A DNA stretch of 64,000 bases, from positions 12,361-76,360 of the forward strand of contig CBDCEW010000084.1 of assembly GCA_965215885.1 (NCBI GenBank), read 5' to 3'. The notes beneath the pieces were generated by a model. That model did not search any database. It saw only the letters and a program-made list of their open reading frames with translations, and had not been told where the DNA came from. The position numbers and the translations under genes were made by a program. This stretch comes from Candidatus Moanibacter sp. Lineage in GTDB: Bacteria; Verrucomicrobiota; Verrucomicrobiia; Opitutales; UBA2987. Position 1 is the stretch's first letter. The number at the start of each line of letters is the position of its first letter. Shown piece after piece: positions 9,915-20,932 of this stretch.

Positions 9915-11305
9915 CGCGACTCCTCTTTCCTCTCGAGCTCTGAAGCGCCCTTTCTCCGACTCGGACTCGAAGCGGATCTGTCCTCCTTTCCTACGGGGAA
10001 TTCCGTCGCACCGGGTCTTACTCGATCCCCACTCCGTTTCGCCTCACCCGCACGTTGGCGCCGCATCCCCTTTTTTCGCCCAGTCATGTTTCCGCCCTCT
10101 CCGCCACGCATTGCCATTTCTTCCGGGGGGTGGGCCTCACCCAGAATCCTCGGCATAACCGGCGCGCCGTCGGTCGCAAATGCCACCGGGGTCAGGCAAA
10201 GCACTTCGCCTTCCTCTAGACCGTCTCGAATTATCACGTTATCTCGATCGCTCCAAAGGATGGAGAGCGTTCGGCGCCTCAGCTTGTTCTCCCCGTCGAT
10301 CAACAATACTTCATTCCCATTGCGCACCGCCGAGCGGGGCACCACGATAACACCCTCGAGCATCTCGCCCTCGACATTCGCTTCCACATACATCCCGACT
10401 TTCAGCGGCGGCTTTCCGGTCGCTCCCCTGCCATAGGGATCATCAACCTGGGCAACGACGAAAAGCTGCCTGCTGCGCACGTCGATGGCTCCCTCCGTCC
10501 GGACGATTCGCCCCCGCCAGTGATTCTCCTTTCCGCCGAATCCGGAGACCAGCGAGACCGGGGGTGCGGGCTGATCCGATTCCCCTCCCTCGCCACGATA
10601 CAGTTCCGGCAGTTTCACAAAGCCGACTTCGGTGCTCGTCAGGGGAAGGCGAATTTCAGCATAATCGACTGCGTAGATTCGCGCCAACACCGTCCCGGGC
10701 GTTACATATTGGCCCACATCAACCCGCTTATCCAGAATCCTCCCGGCATATGGGGCTCTGATTCTAGCCCGCTCAAGATCGCGCTTCGCCTCCTCCACCC
10801 TCGCGGCCGCCGACGCCGCCACCGCTCTCGCTTCCGCCATCTGAGGCAATCGGAGCACCAGGGAACCGGCCGCATCGCCGTCTCCGAGCTTCTCCCAATC
10901 CCTGCGGGCCTGCTCCGCGCGCGCTTCCTCTTCCTCCAGTCGCAACTGCGCCTGTGCGAGAATCGCCTCTGCCACCGTCAGCGAGGTCCGATAGTCACTC
11001 TCCTCGATTTGCAGAAGGGTCTCGCGCGCTTCAAAAAATCCCCCATCACGGAAAACCGGCGACACGCTCACTACTCGGCCCGAAACCTCCGGTATCAAGG
11101 TGCTTTCGGTGCGCGCCTGTACGGTCCCTTGCGTGCGAATTACAACCTGATAGTCCTGGCGCTTCAACCTCACGCCTTCCACTCGCGTGATCGCTGGCGG
11201 AGGTTTACGCCTCGATGGTGTCGGCTTGGTTGAAACGAGATACACAGCGACACTCGCGAATATCCCGAGAACGAAGAGCGGAAGAAGATAGCGCAGGAAA
11301 TTCAT
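9911..11305 (-). CDS. RND periplasmic adaptor (membrane fusion protein)
   Basis: Lipoyl-like halves PEVSGRV and IRAPYAG flank a coiled coil. Overlaps the permease start by 4 nt. Confidence 0.93.
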   Translation of the reverse strand: MNFLRYLLPLFVLGIFASVAVYLVSTKPTPSRRKPPPAITRVEGVRLKRQDYQVVIRTQGTVQARTESTLIPEVSGRVVSVSPVFRDGGFFEARETLLQIEESDYRTSLTVAEAILAQAQLRLEEEEARAEQARRDWEKLGDGDAAGSLVLRLPQMAEARAVAASAAARVEEAKRDLERARIRAPYAGRILDKRVDVGQYVTPGTVLARIYAVDYAEIRLPLTSTEVGFVKLPELYRGEGGESDQPAPPVSLVSGFGGKENHWRGRIVRTEGAIDVRSRQLFVVAQVDDPYGRGATGKPPLKVGMYVEANVEGEMLEGVIVVPRSAVRNGNEVLLIDGENKLRRRTLSILWSDRDNVIIRDGLEEGEVLCLTPVAFATDGAPVMPRILGEAHPPEEMAMRGGEGGNMTGRKKGMRRQRAGEAKRSGDRVRPGATEFPVGKEDRSASSPSRRKGASELERKEESR

Positions 11306-11317
11306 AGGATTTGGCTG

Positions 11318-12817
11318 CTATCCCGAGTTCGGTGCGGAAACGTCCGTCTCCTCAGTTGCTTCGGTAACAGTTTTCTCCCCCTCAGTTTCCCCCGACTCTG
11401 TTCTCAAGAGGCCCTCCGCTTTGGCGCCGACGCTTCCAAAATCGCCGCCTAAAGCAAGATACAGGTCAACCCGATTCTGCAAGCGCTGGTTACTGATCTG
11501 AAGAAGCGAACGCTTTGAATCAAACGATCGGCGCTGAGATTCCAAAACGGTTATGATGTCGTTTAGCCCCTTACCGTATTGATCCCATGCCAACTCCTCA
11601 GCACCGATCGATTCGTCCACCGCCCTCTTGAGAGCCGATTCCTGAACCGTGAGATACGCCTCCGCGGCCAATGCGGTCTCGACCTCGCGGAAGGCCGTCA
11701 GGACCTGTTGTGAGTAGGTCGCCCACGCGCGCTCATGCTCCGCTTGCGATCGTTTCATGTTCGCTTTCAGCCGACGGCCCTGAAATATCGGTTGCGTGAT
11801 TCCACTGGCAAGGCTCCAGACCTTGAAATCTGTATTTAGAAGTTCGCCGAATTCATCCGTGCTCGTACCGCCGCTTGAGGTCAGTCGAATCGCCGGCAGG
11901 CGCGCTTTTTTCGCTTCACCGACCCGTTGCTCCGCCGCCGCCAGGCGTTTCTCTGCTGCCAGTATATCCGGTCGTCGGGAGACGAGTCCAGACGGTAATC
12001 CTGCAGGTATTCTCTTCCCGATCACCGGCAACGCCACCGAAATTCCTAAATCGTAAGAGGGATATCGACCTAAAAGCACTTCCAGGCCCCTCACCGCCAC
12101 GTCTCTCTGCCTGCGCCGTGACGCCAAATTGCTCTGCGCGTTCGCAACATTCGCCCGGGTCAGGCGCAAATCGAGCGCGCGCGTTATTCCCGCGCGGAAC
12201 CGCTGCTCGACCGTTCCAAGGTTCGCTTCAAAACTCCTGACCGTCTCCTCGGCTAGGTCGACCTGCAACTCCGCCTCGATCGCGTTGAACCAGGCCTGCG
12301 TAGTTTGCGCGGCGAGAGAGAGACGGGCTGCTCGATAGTCTTCTTCGGCCGCTTGCCAATCCGCTATGGCGGCGCGATGCCGATTCCGCAGCTTTCCCCA
12401 CAGATCGATTTCCCAGCTCAGATCGAGTGAAAGATTGAAATTATTGCTTCGGCTGCTCGTAATGGCAAATCCACCCGTGCCCGTCCGCTGCCGCCTCGAA
12501 TTGTTTTGTCCGGCCGAAATCTGTGGCCAGCGGTCCGCGCCTCCAATGACCGCTGTAGCTCGGGCAGATTCCAGGCGCGCCGCCGTAGCCAGCAGGTTGA
12601 AGTTGTGGGTAAGCGCCTCTCCGATGATCCCCTCCAGTCGATTGTCAGAGAAATCGCCGATCCAACCATCCTCGAATGCATTATCGGGGCCTTCTCTCTG
12701 AGCAGTCCAATTGGCCGGCGGTTTAATGGAAAGCTTATGCGACTGATCCGGCGGCGGCGTAGCACAGCCGAATATGAAAACGGTCCCCGCCAGCAATGCT
12801 ATTCCTCCTACCCTCAT
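11318..12817 (-). CDS. outer membrane efflux lipoprotein (NodT/OprM family)
   Basis: Lipobox IFGC; motifs SWEIDLWGK, RRPDILAAE and LYLALGG. Confidence 0.93.
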   Translation of the reverse strand: MRVGGIALLAGTVFIFGCATPPPDQSHKLSIKPPANWTAQREGPDNAFEDGWIGDFSDNRLEGIIGEALTHNFNLLATAARLESARATAVIGGADRWPQISAGQNNSRRQRTGTGGFAITSSRSNNFNLSLDLSWEIDLWGKLRNRHRAAIADWQAAEEDYRAARLSLAAQTTQAWFNAIEAELQVDLAEETVRSFEANLGTVEQRFRAGITRALDLRLTRANVANAQSNLASRRRQRDVAVRGLEVLLGRYPSYDLGISVALPVIGKRIPAGLPSGLVSRRPDILAAEKRLAAAEQRVGEAKKARLPAIRLTSSGGTSTDEFGELLNTDFKVWSLASGITQPIFQGRRLKANMKRSQAEHERAWATYSQQVLTAFREVETALAAEAYLTVQESALKRAVDESIGAEELAWDQYGKGLNDIITVLESQRRSFDSKRSLLQISNQRLQNRVDLYLALGGDFGSVGAKAEGLLRTESGETEGEKTVTEATEETDVSAPNSG

Positions 12818-13476
12818 TCGCCTCTCCCCAGTGCTACAGCAGCTTCCTCCTCATTCGCCGAAGAACGGAATCCGGCACAGACGAATTCAATCAGCCTGCT
12901 GATCATCCCTTCAATGTCGTCCGCGTCGCAATATGTCGCCGATGATTGCCTGATTCTCTCGCGCTGCGACATCGACGCCAGCATCAGCGAAAGCGCGAAA
13001 TGATATCGCCAATGAACCTCTTCCGGCGACAGCTCCGGAAGGCTCCCCCTCAGCGCCGCGATAAACGTCGTATGAATCTCTTTAAAATACTCCTCATACA
13101 CATTGCCCATCAAACCTGGCAATTCCGAAAAGGCGCGTCCTAATAATAGCATGAATACTGAATCCGGTCTTCCTCCCGGTGCCCCCGTCTGAAAAAAGGG
13201 TCGCAGGAAAGCTTCGAATATTCGTTCTAACCGCAACGGTGATCCCTTCGCCTCCTCTTGGAAATGCCTCAACAGGGAAAAGCGCTCTTTGTTCATCGGT
13301 ACTATCCGCCGCCGCATCAGTTCCTTCAAGAGCCCCTCCTTCGACCCGAAATGATAATTTATCGATGCCACATTTACCCTCGCCTTCTCCGTTATCTGTC
13401 GTACAGAGGCCGTTTCATAGCCATGTTTCGAGAAGAGCTCTTCCGCCACCGAGATTATTCGTTCTCTTGTCTCCAT
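12814..13476 (-). CDS. TetR-family regulator, PsrA-like
   Basis: HTH ETRERII...VNVASINYHFGSKEGL; C-terminal VHWRYHF motif. Confidence 0.9.
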   Translation of the reverse strand: METRERIISVAEELFSKHGYETASVRQITEKARVNVASINYHFGSKEGLLKELMRRRIVPMNKERFSLLRHFQEEAKGSPLRLERIFEAFLRPFFQTGAPGGRPDSVFMLLLGRAFSELPGLMGNVYEEYFKEIHTTFIAALRGSLPELSPEEVHWRYHFALSLMLASMSQRERIRQSSATYCDADDIEGMISRLIEFVCAGFRSSANEEEAAVALGRGE

Positions 13477-13494
13477 CTCAATTCCCTTTAAATT

Positions 13495-13525
13495 AAAACA
13501 AGCATTTTAAACAACTGTTTCAAAA
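13495..13525. promoter_or_regulatory. putative TetR/PsrA-type operator pair
   Basis: AAAC-AACT-GTTT (13509-13520) and degenerate AAAC-AAGC-ATTT (13496-13507) just upstream of the tetR start. Confidence 0.55.
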
Positions 13526-13674
13526 TCTGTCAAAAATAAGTTTCCCATGAGCTGACAATTGAATCTTATCTGGTATCTGTTTAGCGTGATTAAGGCAAAG
13601 TCCGACAGGCTGCTAACCTGGAAATCTCGTGAGACTTCCCGGGCGGCCGTCAATTGCGGGCAGGGCCAGGTAGT

Positions 13675-14106
13675 ATGATTCGACAAACAAAACAGCGGCA
13701 AACGGGTTTTCTTTCCATCCTACTCACCGTGAGTATACACTTGTCGGGCTGCGCGACGCCGGAACCGAAGGCCGTCCCCGAAATCGAATCGAAGGGATCG
13801 GTTCGAGAGATCGACGGCTTTCGTTTTTATGAAGAGGCTGAACCAAATAGACCCTACACGGTTCTTGGGTATATTGAGATAGAGAGCCTCGCTTCGCGGA
13901 GCAAAGAGAGTGTTCTGAAAGATATGAAGACGAGAAGCGTTTCCATGGGGGGCAATGCAATTATGGATATAAGCAGGGATACACTCCTCGAAACTACTCG
14001 CCCGGCAGCATCGTATGATCTCGGAATGCGGGAAATCGAAGATTTCGCGGCCAATACAATAGTCGAGCGCTACCGCTGGAGGGCCACCGTCATACTGCTG
14101 CGTTAG
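13675..14106 (+). CDS. putative lipoprotein (YbjQ-like domain)
   Basis: Lipobox LSGC; PNRPYTVLGYI...MGGNAI pattern. Confidence 0.65.
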   Translation: MIRQTKQRQTGFLSILLTVSIHLSGCATPEPKAVPEIESKGSVREIDGFRFYEEAEPNRPYTVLGYIEIESLASRSKESVLKDMKTRSVSMGGNAIMDISRDTLLETTRPAASYDLGMREIEDFAANTIVERYRWRATVILLR

Positions 14107-14269
14107 ATCTGGCATCCCGGGAACTTTGAAAAGAGAAAGGTTTCGCCATTCCATTATTCTATCATTCAGAGTGTTTCTCAGATCGGTCAGATCAGTCAGA
14201 TCAGTCTGAGAACGAACTTGGAGTACTTAGGCCAGGGAATAAACGATTAAGCGATTCCTCCTACCGGCC

Positions 14270-16375
14270 ATGAATGAGATAAAGCTGCGCTTCCTCCTTG
14301 CGGGTCTGACACTCCTGTCTCTGCCCGACCTCTGGGCCGGCCCAGCGAAAGACCACCCAGTGGAGGCGCAACTGGTTTCGGAGGTGCGTTCAATCCAGGC
14401 GGGTACTCCCTTCACAATTGCCCTGCGGTTTCGAATGGAACCGCACTGGCATACCTATTGGAAAAATCCCGGTGACGCCGGATTGCCTACGACTCTGGAG
14501 TGGGAGCTTCCAGAAGGTTTCAAGGCAGGGCCTATTCAGTGGCCGTTACCAATGATTTTTGAACTGAGTGGTCTCACCAATTACGGCTATGAGAATGAAG
14601 TCTTTCATCTCGTCACAGTTACGCCTCCTCATGAACTCCGCGAAAGGGAAAACATCACCCTAATTGCTCATGCCACCTGGCTGATGTGCGAAGAAGTCTG
14701 CATTCCCGGTAAAGCGGAACTTTCGCTGGTTCTTCCAGTAGCAGGAAATACTCCTGAATGGAACGAAGTTTGGCGACCCCACTTTGAGGTTACGCGTAAG
14801 AGGTTACCCCGCTCATCCGATCTTTGGGATGTGCGGGCCCATCTGGACGGCGATGAGGTCACTCTCAAGATTGATCACACGGGAGAGTCAATGGCCTCTC
14901 CGGAGGAGGTATACTTTTTCTCCAGTGATGCTCAAATAGATCCGAATGCTTCGCAGAAACTGGAGCGGGCCGAGACCGGCTATCTTCTGACACTCAAAAG
15001 ATCCGCATTCGCGGAATTGGGTGAATCTTTACCCGGTGTCCTCTTTGGCCGGGAGGGATGGCACACAGGGGGGGAACTCTCAGGAATTGCGATAAACCCT
15101 CCTCTCCTTCACGGTCCCATTCCAGATATTGGGGACGTTTCCGCTGCGCCGGTAAAGACACCGCCGAAGCCGATGAGCGCAAAGCTGGCGCTGATTCTCT
15201 TACTCGCTCTGGCTGGAGGTGCTATCCTCAACCTCATGCCCTGCGTTTTTCCGGTGCTGGGTCTCAAAGTCATGGGATTCGTAAGCCAGGCAGGCGAGTC
15301 TCGCTCCAGGGTGACGTTGCATGGATTAGTTTATACACTCGGTATCCTCGTATCATTTTGGATTCTTGCCGTAATCCTGATGGTCTTGAGAAAGAGCGGC
15401 GAAGAACTCGGGTGGGGATTTCAGCTCCAATCTCCAACTTTTGTCTTTTTCCTGGCCATTCTGCTCTTCGCCTTCGCCTTAAACCTGAGCGGCCTCTTTG
15501 AAATCGGGGCTTCATTGACTTCCCTTGGGGGAAATCTCATGCGAGGGGAAGGGTTTAACAGTTCGTTTTTCACCGGGGTCCTGGCTACGGTCGTCGCCAC
15601 TCCCTGCGCTGCTCCTTTTCTTGCTCCCGCTCTGGGGGCCGCCCTCACTCTTGACGCCGGACCTTCCCTCGCCGTTTTCACCTTCATCGGTCTCGGCTTG
15701 TCTCTGCCTTACCTCACACTTTCAGCATTCCCTGACATCGTTAAGGTGTTACCGAAACCCGGTCCCTGGATGGAGAGTATAAAGCAGGTTCTGGCATTTC
15801 CGCTTTACGCTAGTGTCGGGTATCTTCTCTGGGTATTGGACGGTCAACTTGAGGAATATGGATTACTCTACGCAATTTTCGCCCTTATTCTTCTCGCCTT
15901 GGCTGGTTGGATCTACGGTCGCTGGTCAACTCCCGCCCAATCCGTCCGGAAACGTCGCCTCACCCAAGTGGGCGCCCTCCTTCTAACGATTTATGGGATA
16001 TATCTCGGCTATCCGGAATCGGGCCCGGCTCCCATAGAATGGGAAAAGTGGTCTCCCGAAAGAGTCACCCAACTACGCGCCGAGGGAATACCCGTCTATG
16101 TCGACTTCACCGCCCGCTGGTGTCCGACCTGTCAGACAAATAAAAAACTCGTTTTTTCTTCCAAGGACGTGCTCAGGGCCTTCTCTGAAAATAGAGTCTC
16201 TATGCTTAAAGCCGATTGGACCAACCGGGATCCCAGAATAACGCAGACCCTTGCCGCCTTCGGGCGATCCGCCATTCCCTTCAACATTATCTACCTTCCC
16301 GGTCGAAATGATCCGGTCATTCTTCCCGAACTACTCACCCCCGGTATTGTCCTCGAGGCGATCGACGGAATCTAG
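14270..16375 (+). CDS. DsbD/ScsB-family protein-disulfide reductase
   Basis: N-domain WHTYWKNPGDAG and CEEVC; TM domain LNLMPCVFPVL and ATPC; thioredoxin domain WCPTC. Confidence 0.92.
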   Translation: MNEIKLRFLLAGLTLLSLPDLWAGPAKDHPVEAQLVSEVRSIQAGTPFTIALRFRMEPHWHTYWKNPGDAGLPTTLEWELPEGFKAGPIQWPLPMIFELSGLTNYGYENEVFHLVTVTPPHELRERENITLIAHATWLMCEEVCIPGKAELSLVLPVAGNTPEWNEVWRPHFEVTRKRLPRSSDLWDVRAHLDGDEVTLKIDHTGESMASPEEVYFFSSDAQIDPNASQKLERAETGYLLTLKRSAFAELGESLPGVLFGREGWHTGGELSGIAINPPLLHGPIPDIGDVSAAPVKTPPKPMSAKLALILLLALAGGAILNLMPCVFPVLGLKVMGFVSQAGESRSRVTLHGLVYTLGILVSFWILAVILMVLRKSGEELGWGFQLQSPTFVFFLAILLFAFALNLSGLFEIGASLTSLGGNLMRGEGFNSSFFTGVLATVVATPCAAPFLAPALGAALTLDAGPSLAVFTFIGLGLSLPYLTLSAFPDIVKVLPKPGPWMESIKQVLAFPLYASVGYLLWVLDGQLEEYGLLYAIFALILLALAGWIYGRWSTPAQSVRKRRLTQVGALLLTIYGIYLGYPESGPAPIEWEKWSPERVTQLRAEGIPVYVDFTARWCPTCQTNKKLVFSSKDVLRAFSENRVSMLKADWTNRDPRITQTLAAFGRSAIPFNIIYLPGRNDPVILPELLTPGIVLEAIDGI

Positions 16376-16418
16376 CAGCCTGTCGGGCTTGTTCGGCTTC
16401 TTTTCATCAGGCTGCTAG
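16372..16418. mobile_element. short MITE-like element related to the 98-bp family
   Basis: CTAGCAGCCTG...CAGGCTGCTAG inverted ends overlapping the TAG stop of the DsbD-like gene. Confidence 0.55.
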
Positions 16419-16544
16419 CCCGGATTACCTTCCGCTTCCAAATGGTCGCGACCGCGCTCCTTGGTCAATTGTAAAAGGATCAGATGCACTTTCATAGTGC
16501 CCTACCTATGCCACGGCGAAACGTCATTTACAATAGCATTCTCT

Positions 16545-16765
16545 TTAGACCTCGGAATACTCCGAGATCGGTTCCCCGTTGAAGCGCAGAACGAGGCCCT
16601 TGTCTCCCCCGACGTTCCACAGCATGGCCAACGTGCCTCCATCCTCTCGGAAGAGGAGATCGTACCAATGGACCTGCTCCACGAAACCGGCCGTCGGTCC
16701 CGCGTAAGTGTCGTAATCATCGATGCCCTCCGCGGCGCCCCGTCCCGTGGAGCAACTGTGCAGGC
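16545..16765 (-). pseudogene. internal fragment of an aldose 1-epimerase-like (DUF4432) gene
   Basis: Manual translation gives VAPRDG/..GIDDYDTYAGPTAGFVEQVHWYDLLFREDGGTLAMLWNVGGDKGLVLRFN. No start, with one frame change. Confidence 0.55.
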
Positions 16766-17263
16766 CGGCACGACGAGGCTTACGACAAAGAGCAAATCTG
16801 GTAGCCGCGTCGGCAACGAAGGGGCACTGCCCAAACTTCCGACCAACGACTTCGATTGTGACTACGACGTTCGAGTGGAATCTGAACCGGGTTTTAATCG
16901 AAATTCGTAGTCGTAATCGTAGTCGAATGTCGGTCGATTACGATTATGGCCCGGCCAAAGGTGCACTCCTCATCAAGACAAAACAGAGCACCGCCCGGAG
17001 CTTTCGGTCATACTTCTGTATGCCTGTTTGCACCGGCCGGCAACTTCTTTCTGTCCTGGCCAGGCCACATCTCGCATCCCGAAACCTGCATCCCCATCCC
17101 GTAGCCCGACGACTTCGTCGTTCGGGTAATCACGTGCAAGTAGATTACCTGTCCCCAATTCCTTGACCATGACCACAGCTCATCGGTTGCTACCCCTCCC
17201 CCTTTCGCGTGTTTAGCGTACACCGTCCGTAGCTTTTGCGAAGGAGGGGGCAATTCCCCATCC

Positions 17264-17669
17264 GAGCAATAATTAGGGACAGGCAATTTATAAAAAAGAT
17301 GCAACAATTGTGATTTCTATGAGAAAATACAGGTTAACAATGTAGTTAGTCGTAGTGCTGTATACCATTCGGCCCCGGCTCGGTATACCGGACCTTGGCC
17401 GCGGTTCGTCTGTCTTCGTCCCTAAGCGTCGCCAAATGGGATACAAGCAGACGGTAAACGGAGCAATAATTAGGGACAGGCAATCTATAAAATCTATAAT
17501 AAAGATAGTGCAGCAATTGTGATTTCTATGAGAAAATACAGGTTAACAATGTAGTTAGTCGTAGTGCTGTATACCATTCGGCCCCGGCTCGGCATACCTC
17601 CCATTCACCGTGACTCGTCTGTCTTCGTCCCTAAGCGTCGCGAATTGGGATACAAGCAGACGGTAAACG
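17264..17669. repeat. tandem duplication of a ~200-bp unit (17264..17460 and 17461..17669)
   Basis: Both units start GAGCAATAATTAGGGACAGGCAAT and end GGGATACAAGCAGACGGTAAACG. Confidence 0.9.
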
Positions 17670-17687
17670 GTGAGAAGCAATCGTTAA

Positions 17688-18467
17688 CTATTCCGATCCT
17701 CCATCCCGCTCAATGGACAAGAGATCAGCCCTGAATTTTCCCCAATTCACTTTGCCCACCATCCGCACCGGAATTCTGTACTTGTCATTCGATACCCAGA
17801 CTTTGAGGAATGCTCTACCTTTCTTCCGGAATACTTCACTCACCCTTGAGAGATTCGGCCGCACCAAAAGCGTTTCGAATTTACCCGCTTTCAAGTCGAG
17901 AACAGGACCCGCCACGACTTCCAGATCCGCGTAACCATGGCTTTTCCCATCCGTTAAAAGGAGCGAGAAACTTCTCCCGGCTGCCAGCCCAAGGGTACGC
18001 GCGGCAAAGATTCCGGAAAGCGGGTCGAGTGCCTTTCCGGGCAGGGCAATGGTGGTGCGCTTTTTCCCATCGATACTATAGAGTGCATGATTTTTCTCCC
18101 AATCAAATGTGACTTCCGCGTCTCGTGTGCGCTTCCTGTGCACCTGCCTTTTTCGAAAGAGCATCGAGTAGCTGAGAGACAAATCCGCAAAACTGGTAAA
18201 TCGGTCACGAACTCTGAAGAATGCATCGGCAAAACTATTGGTGCTCACGGAGAAGATGAACTGGTAAGCGGGCTTTCCGCCGAGTTCGACAATATCTCCC
18301 ACTTCCAACACCGCGGTGCCGACATTAAACACCCCCCAGCTGAGTCTATAGGTCAGCTTTTCGCCGGGAAAAATCGGAGGTTCACTCTCTCTTTCGACGC
18401 CAAACGCGACTTCACAAAAGAAGAGAGAAAGGGTCAGCCAGCCAGCTGCATTCCAGGAGAGCCTCAT
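17688..18467 (-). CDS. DUF3108 domain-containing exported protein
   Basis: Signal peptide; [18 protein letters not shown]...[12 protein letters not shown]. Confidence 0.8.
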   Translation of the reverse strand: MRLSWNAAGWLTLSLFFCEVAFGVERESEPPIFPGEKLTYRLSWGVFNVGTAVLEVGDIVELGGKPAYQFIFSVSTNSFADAFFRVRDRFTSFADLSLSYSMLFRKRQVHRKRTRDAEVTFDWEKNHALYSIDGKKRTTIALPGKALDPLSGIFAARTLGLAAGRSFSLLLTDGKSHGYADLEVVAGPVLDLKAGKFETLLVRPNLSRVSEVFRKKGRAFLKVWVSNDKYRIPVRMVGKVNWGKFRADLLSIERDGGSE

Positions 18468-20926
18468 TCATTCACGGCGAGCGGCTTCAACTTCCAAATC
18501 TCATCAGCATATTCTCGAATCGTGCGATCAGATGAGAATTTTCCCACGCGTGCGGTGTTGAGAATGGCCATGCGTGCCCATCGCTCACGGTCACGATAGG
18601 CGCGATCGACTCCGAGTTGAGTTTCGCAATAAGACTCGTAATCGGCCAGGACCAGATAGGGGTCCCCTCCATCGAGGAGGTTGAAACGTATCGATTCGAA
18701 AGCCGACGGCTCCTCGGGCGCGAAATAGTCCGAGCCGATCCAATCCACGACCGAATGCAATTCCTCATGCCCATAATAGAGCTCTGAAGGAGAGTACCCC
18801 TGCTGCCGCTGCGCTTCAACTTCCCCAGCGGTCTTTCCGAAGATGAAAATATTCTCATCGCCGACTTCTTCCCTGATTTCGACATTGGCACCATCGAGCG
18901 TGCCAATGGTTACGGCACCGTTCAAGGCGAGTTTCATATTACCGGTCCCGGATGCCTCCTTTCCCGCTGTCGAAATCTGTTCAGAAACGTCCGCTGCCGG
19001 GATAATGCGTTCGGCAAGGGTCACTCCATAGTTAGGCAAAAAGGCGACTTTTATCTTACCGTTGATTCGCGAATCCTGGTTAACCTTAGCAGCTACAGCG
19101 TTGATCGCATGAATGATCGATTTCGCCATCTCATAACCCGGCGCCGACTTTGCCGCGAAGATAAAGACACGGGGATGAATGTCATAGTCCCGATCGTGAA
19201 GCAGTCGCCGATAGAGGGTGAGAATATGCAACAGATTCAAATGCTGCCGCTTATACTCATGAAGCCGCTTTATCTGCACGTCGAATATGGCCGTGGGATC
19301 AACCTCCACACCGCAGAGCTCCCTAATCAATATCGCGAGGGCTCGCTTGTTCTCCAACTTCACGTTCAGAAATCGATCCTGAAATTCAGAATCTTCGCAG
19401 AATTCCTCCAATTGCCTCAGCCGATTCAAATCAGCCGGCCAGTCCATCCCAATCTTATCATCGATAAGCGCAGAGAGTCTGGGATTGCACAATTTGAGCC
19501 ACCGCCGTGGGGTGATGCCGTTCGTCTTGTTATTGAAACGCCCGGGATAGAGTTCGTGAAAACTCGGGAAAAGGCGTGATTTGAGCAGCTCAGTGTGCAA
19601 AGCGGCTACCCCGTTTACGGAATGACTGCCAACTACGGCCAGATTGGCCATTCGAATCTTTTTCGGATCGCCCTCTTCGAATATGGAGAGTTTGGCCCTC
19701 CGATCTGTGTCGCCAGGCCATTTTTTCTCTACTTCCTCATCAAGAAATCGCCGATTTATTTCATCAATAATCTGCAAGTGTCGGGGCAACACTCTGCCAA
19801 AAAGGTGCACACTCCAGGTTTCGAGAGCTTCCGGTAGAGTCGTGTGATTTGTGTAGGCAAAGACCTCTCGGCAGATTTTCCAGGCACGCTCCCATTCCAG
19901 CCCTTCTTCATCGTAGAGGATGCGCATCAATTCGACTATGGCGATAGAGGGGTGGGTATCGTTCAACTGAACGGTCACCTTTTCGGGAAGTGTTTCCCAT
20001 GATCCGTTGTTTTTTCTAAACCTCCGCAGTATGTCTCGCAGGGAACAGGAGACAAAGAAGTACTGCTGCACCAACCTGAGCTCCTTTCCGCTCTCCCTAT
20101 TGTCGTTAGGATAGAGCACCTTGGAGATCGTTTCGCCCAAGGCCTTTTCACGCACCGCCTCCACGTAACCCCCTTCGTTGAAGACTTGCAGGTCGAATTC
20201 CTCAGAGGCTTTAGATTCCCATAGGCGCAAAAAGTTCACCGTGTTGGCGCCGTATCCAACGATCGGTAGATCCCACGGTACACCGACAAACTTCCGTGTG
20301 TTGACCCAGGCGGGTTGGCATTCGCCCCTGTCATCAAACCGGTCGACCACCTTTCCGTACATCTGCACTTCGAGGGCGTACTGGGGCCGCACTACCTCCC
20401 ACGGATTATCGTACTGCAGCCAATTATCCGGATGTTCAACCTGCTTCCCATTTACGAATTCCTGCCGGAAGAGCCCGAATTCGTAACGAATGCCGTAGCC
20501 AACCGCCGGGTAATTCAATGTCGCCAGAGAGTCGAGAAAACAGGCCGCGAGGCGACCGAGTCCACCATTACCGAGCCCCATGTCTACTTCTTCGTCCGCC
20601 AGATCGCCGATACTGTGACCCAGATCCGAGAGCGCCTTCCGTGCGACATCGTATAGTCCGGAATTATGCAGGTTACTCTCAAGCAAGCGGCCCATCATAT
20701 ATTCAAGTGAGAAATAATAGAGCCGGCGGGTGTTCTTGCGGTTGTGCGCGCCCTGAGTCGCAATAAATCGCTCCAGCATTCGATCTCTCACCGCCATACA
20801 GGTCGATATCCACCAATCCCTCTGCCGGGCGGTATGCGTATCCCTTGCAAAGGTGAATTTCAGGTGGTTCAGAATCGAAGTCTTGAGCCCATCTCCATCA
20901 TTCCCAATATTAAAACGGTAGGCCAT
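18464..20926 (-). CDS. glgP: glycogen/maltodextrin phosphorylase
   Basis: Motifs [21 protein letters not shown] and the PLP site EASGTGNMK. Confidence 0.97.
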   Translation of the reverse strand: MAYRFNIGNDGDGLKTSILNHLKFTFARDTHTARQRDWWISTCMAVRDRMLERFIATQGAHNRKNTRRLYYFSLEYMMGRLLESNLHNSGLYDVARKALSDLGHSIGDLADEEVDMGLGNGGLGRLAACFLDSLATLNYPAVGYGIRYEFGLFRQEFVNGKQVEHPDNWLQYDNPWEVVRPQYALEVQMYGKVVDRFDDRGECQPAWVNTRKFVGVPWDLPIVGYGANTVNFLRLWESKASEEFDLQVFNEGGYVEAVREKALGETISKVLYPNDNRESGKELRLVQQYFFVSCSLRDILRRFRKNNGSWETLPEKVTVQLNDTHPSIAIVELMRILYDEEGLEWERAWKICREVFAYTNHTTLPEALETWSVHLFGRVLPRHLQIIDEINRRFLDEEVEKKWPGDTDRRAKLSIFEEGDPKKIRMANLAVVGSHSVNGVAALHTELLKSRLFPSFHELYPGRFNNKTNGITPRRWLKLCNPRLSALIDDKIGMDWPADLNRLRQLEEFCEDSEFQDRFLNVKLENKRALAILIRELCGVEVDPTAIFDVQIKRLHEYKRQHLNLLHILTLYRRLLHDRDYDIHPRVFIFAAKSAPGYEMAKSIIHAINAVAAKVNQDSRINGKIKVAFLPNYGVTLAERIIPAADVSEQISTAGKEASGTGNMKLALNGAVTIGTLDGANVEIREEVGDENIFIFGKTAGEVEAQRQQGYSPSELYYGHEELHSVVDWIGSDYFAPEEPSAFESIRFNLLDGGDPYLVLADYESYCETQLGVDRAYRDRERWARMAILNTARVGKFSSDRTIREYADEIWKLKPLAVNE

Positions 20927-20932
20927 CGGTAT

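Noticed and set aside
14178..14209. 9-bp tandem repeat TCAGATC(G/A)G x3
   Set aside because: Too short to assign a function; probably a generic intergenic repeat.
17264..17669. CRISPR array or integron attC cassettes
   Set aside because: Only two long near-identical units, no unique spacers, no cas or integrase gene, and no clear attC boxes.
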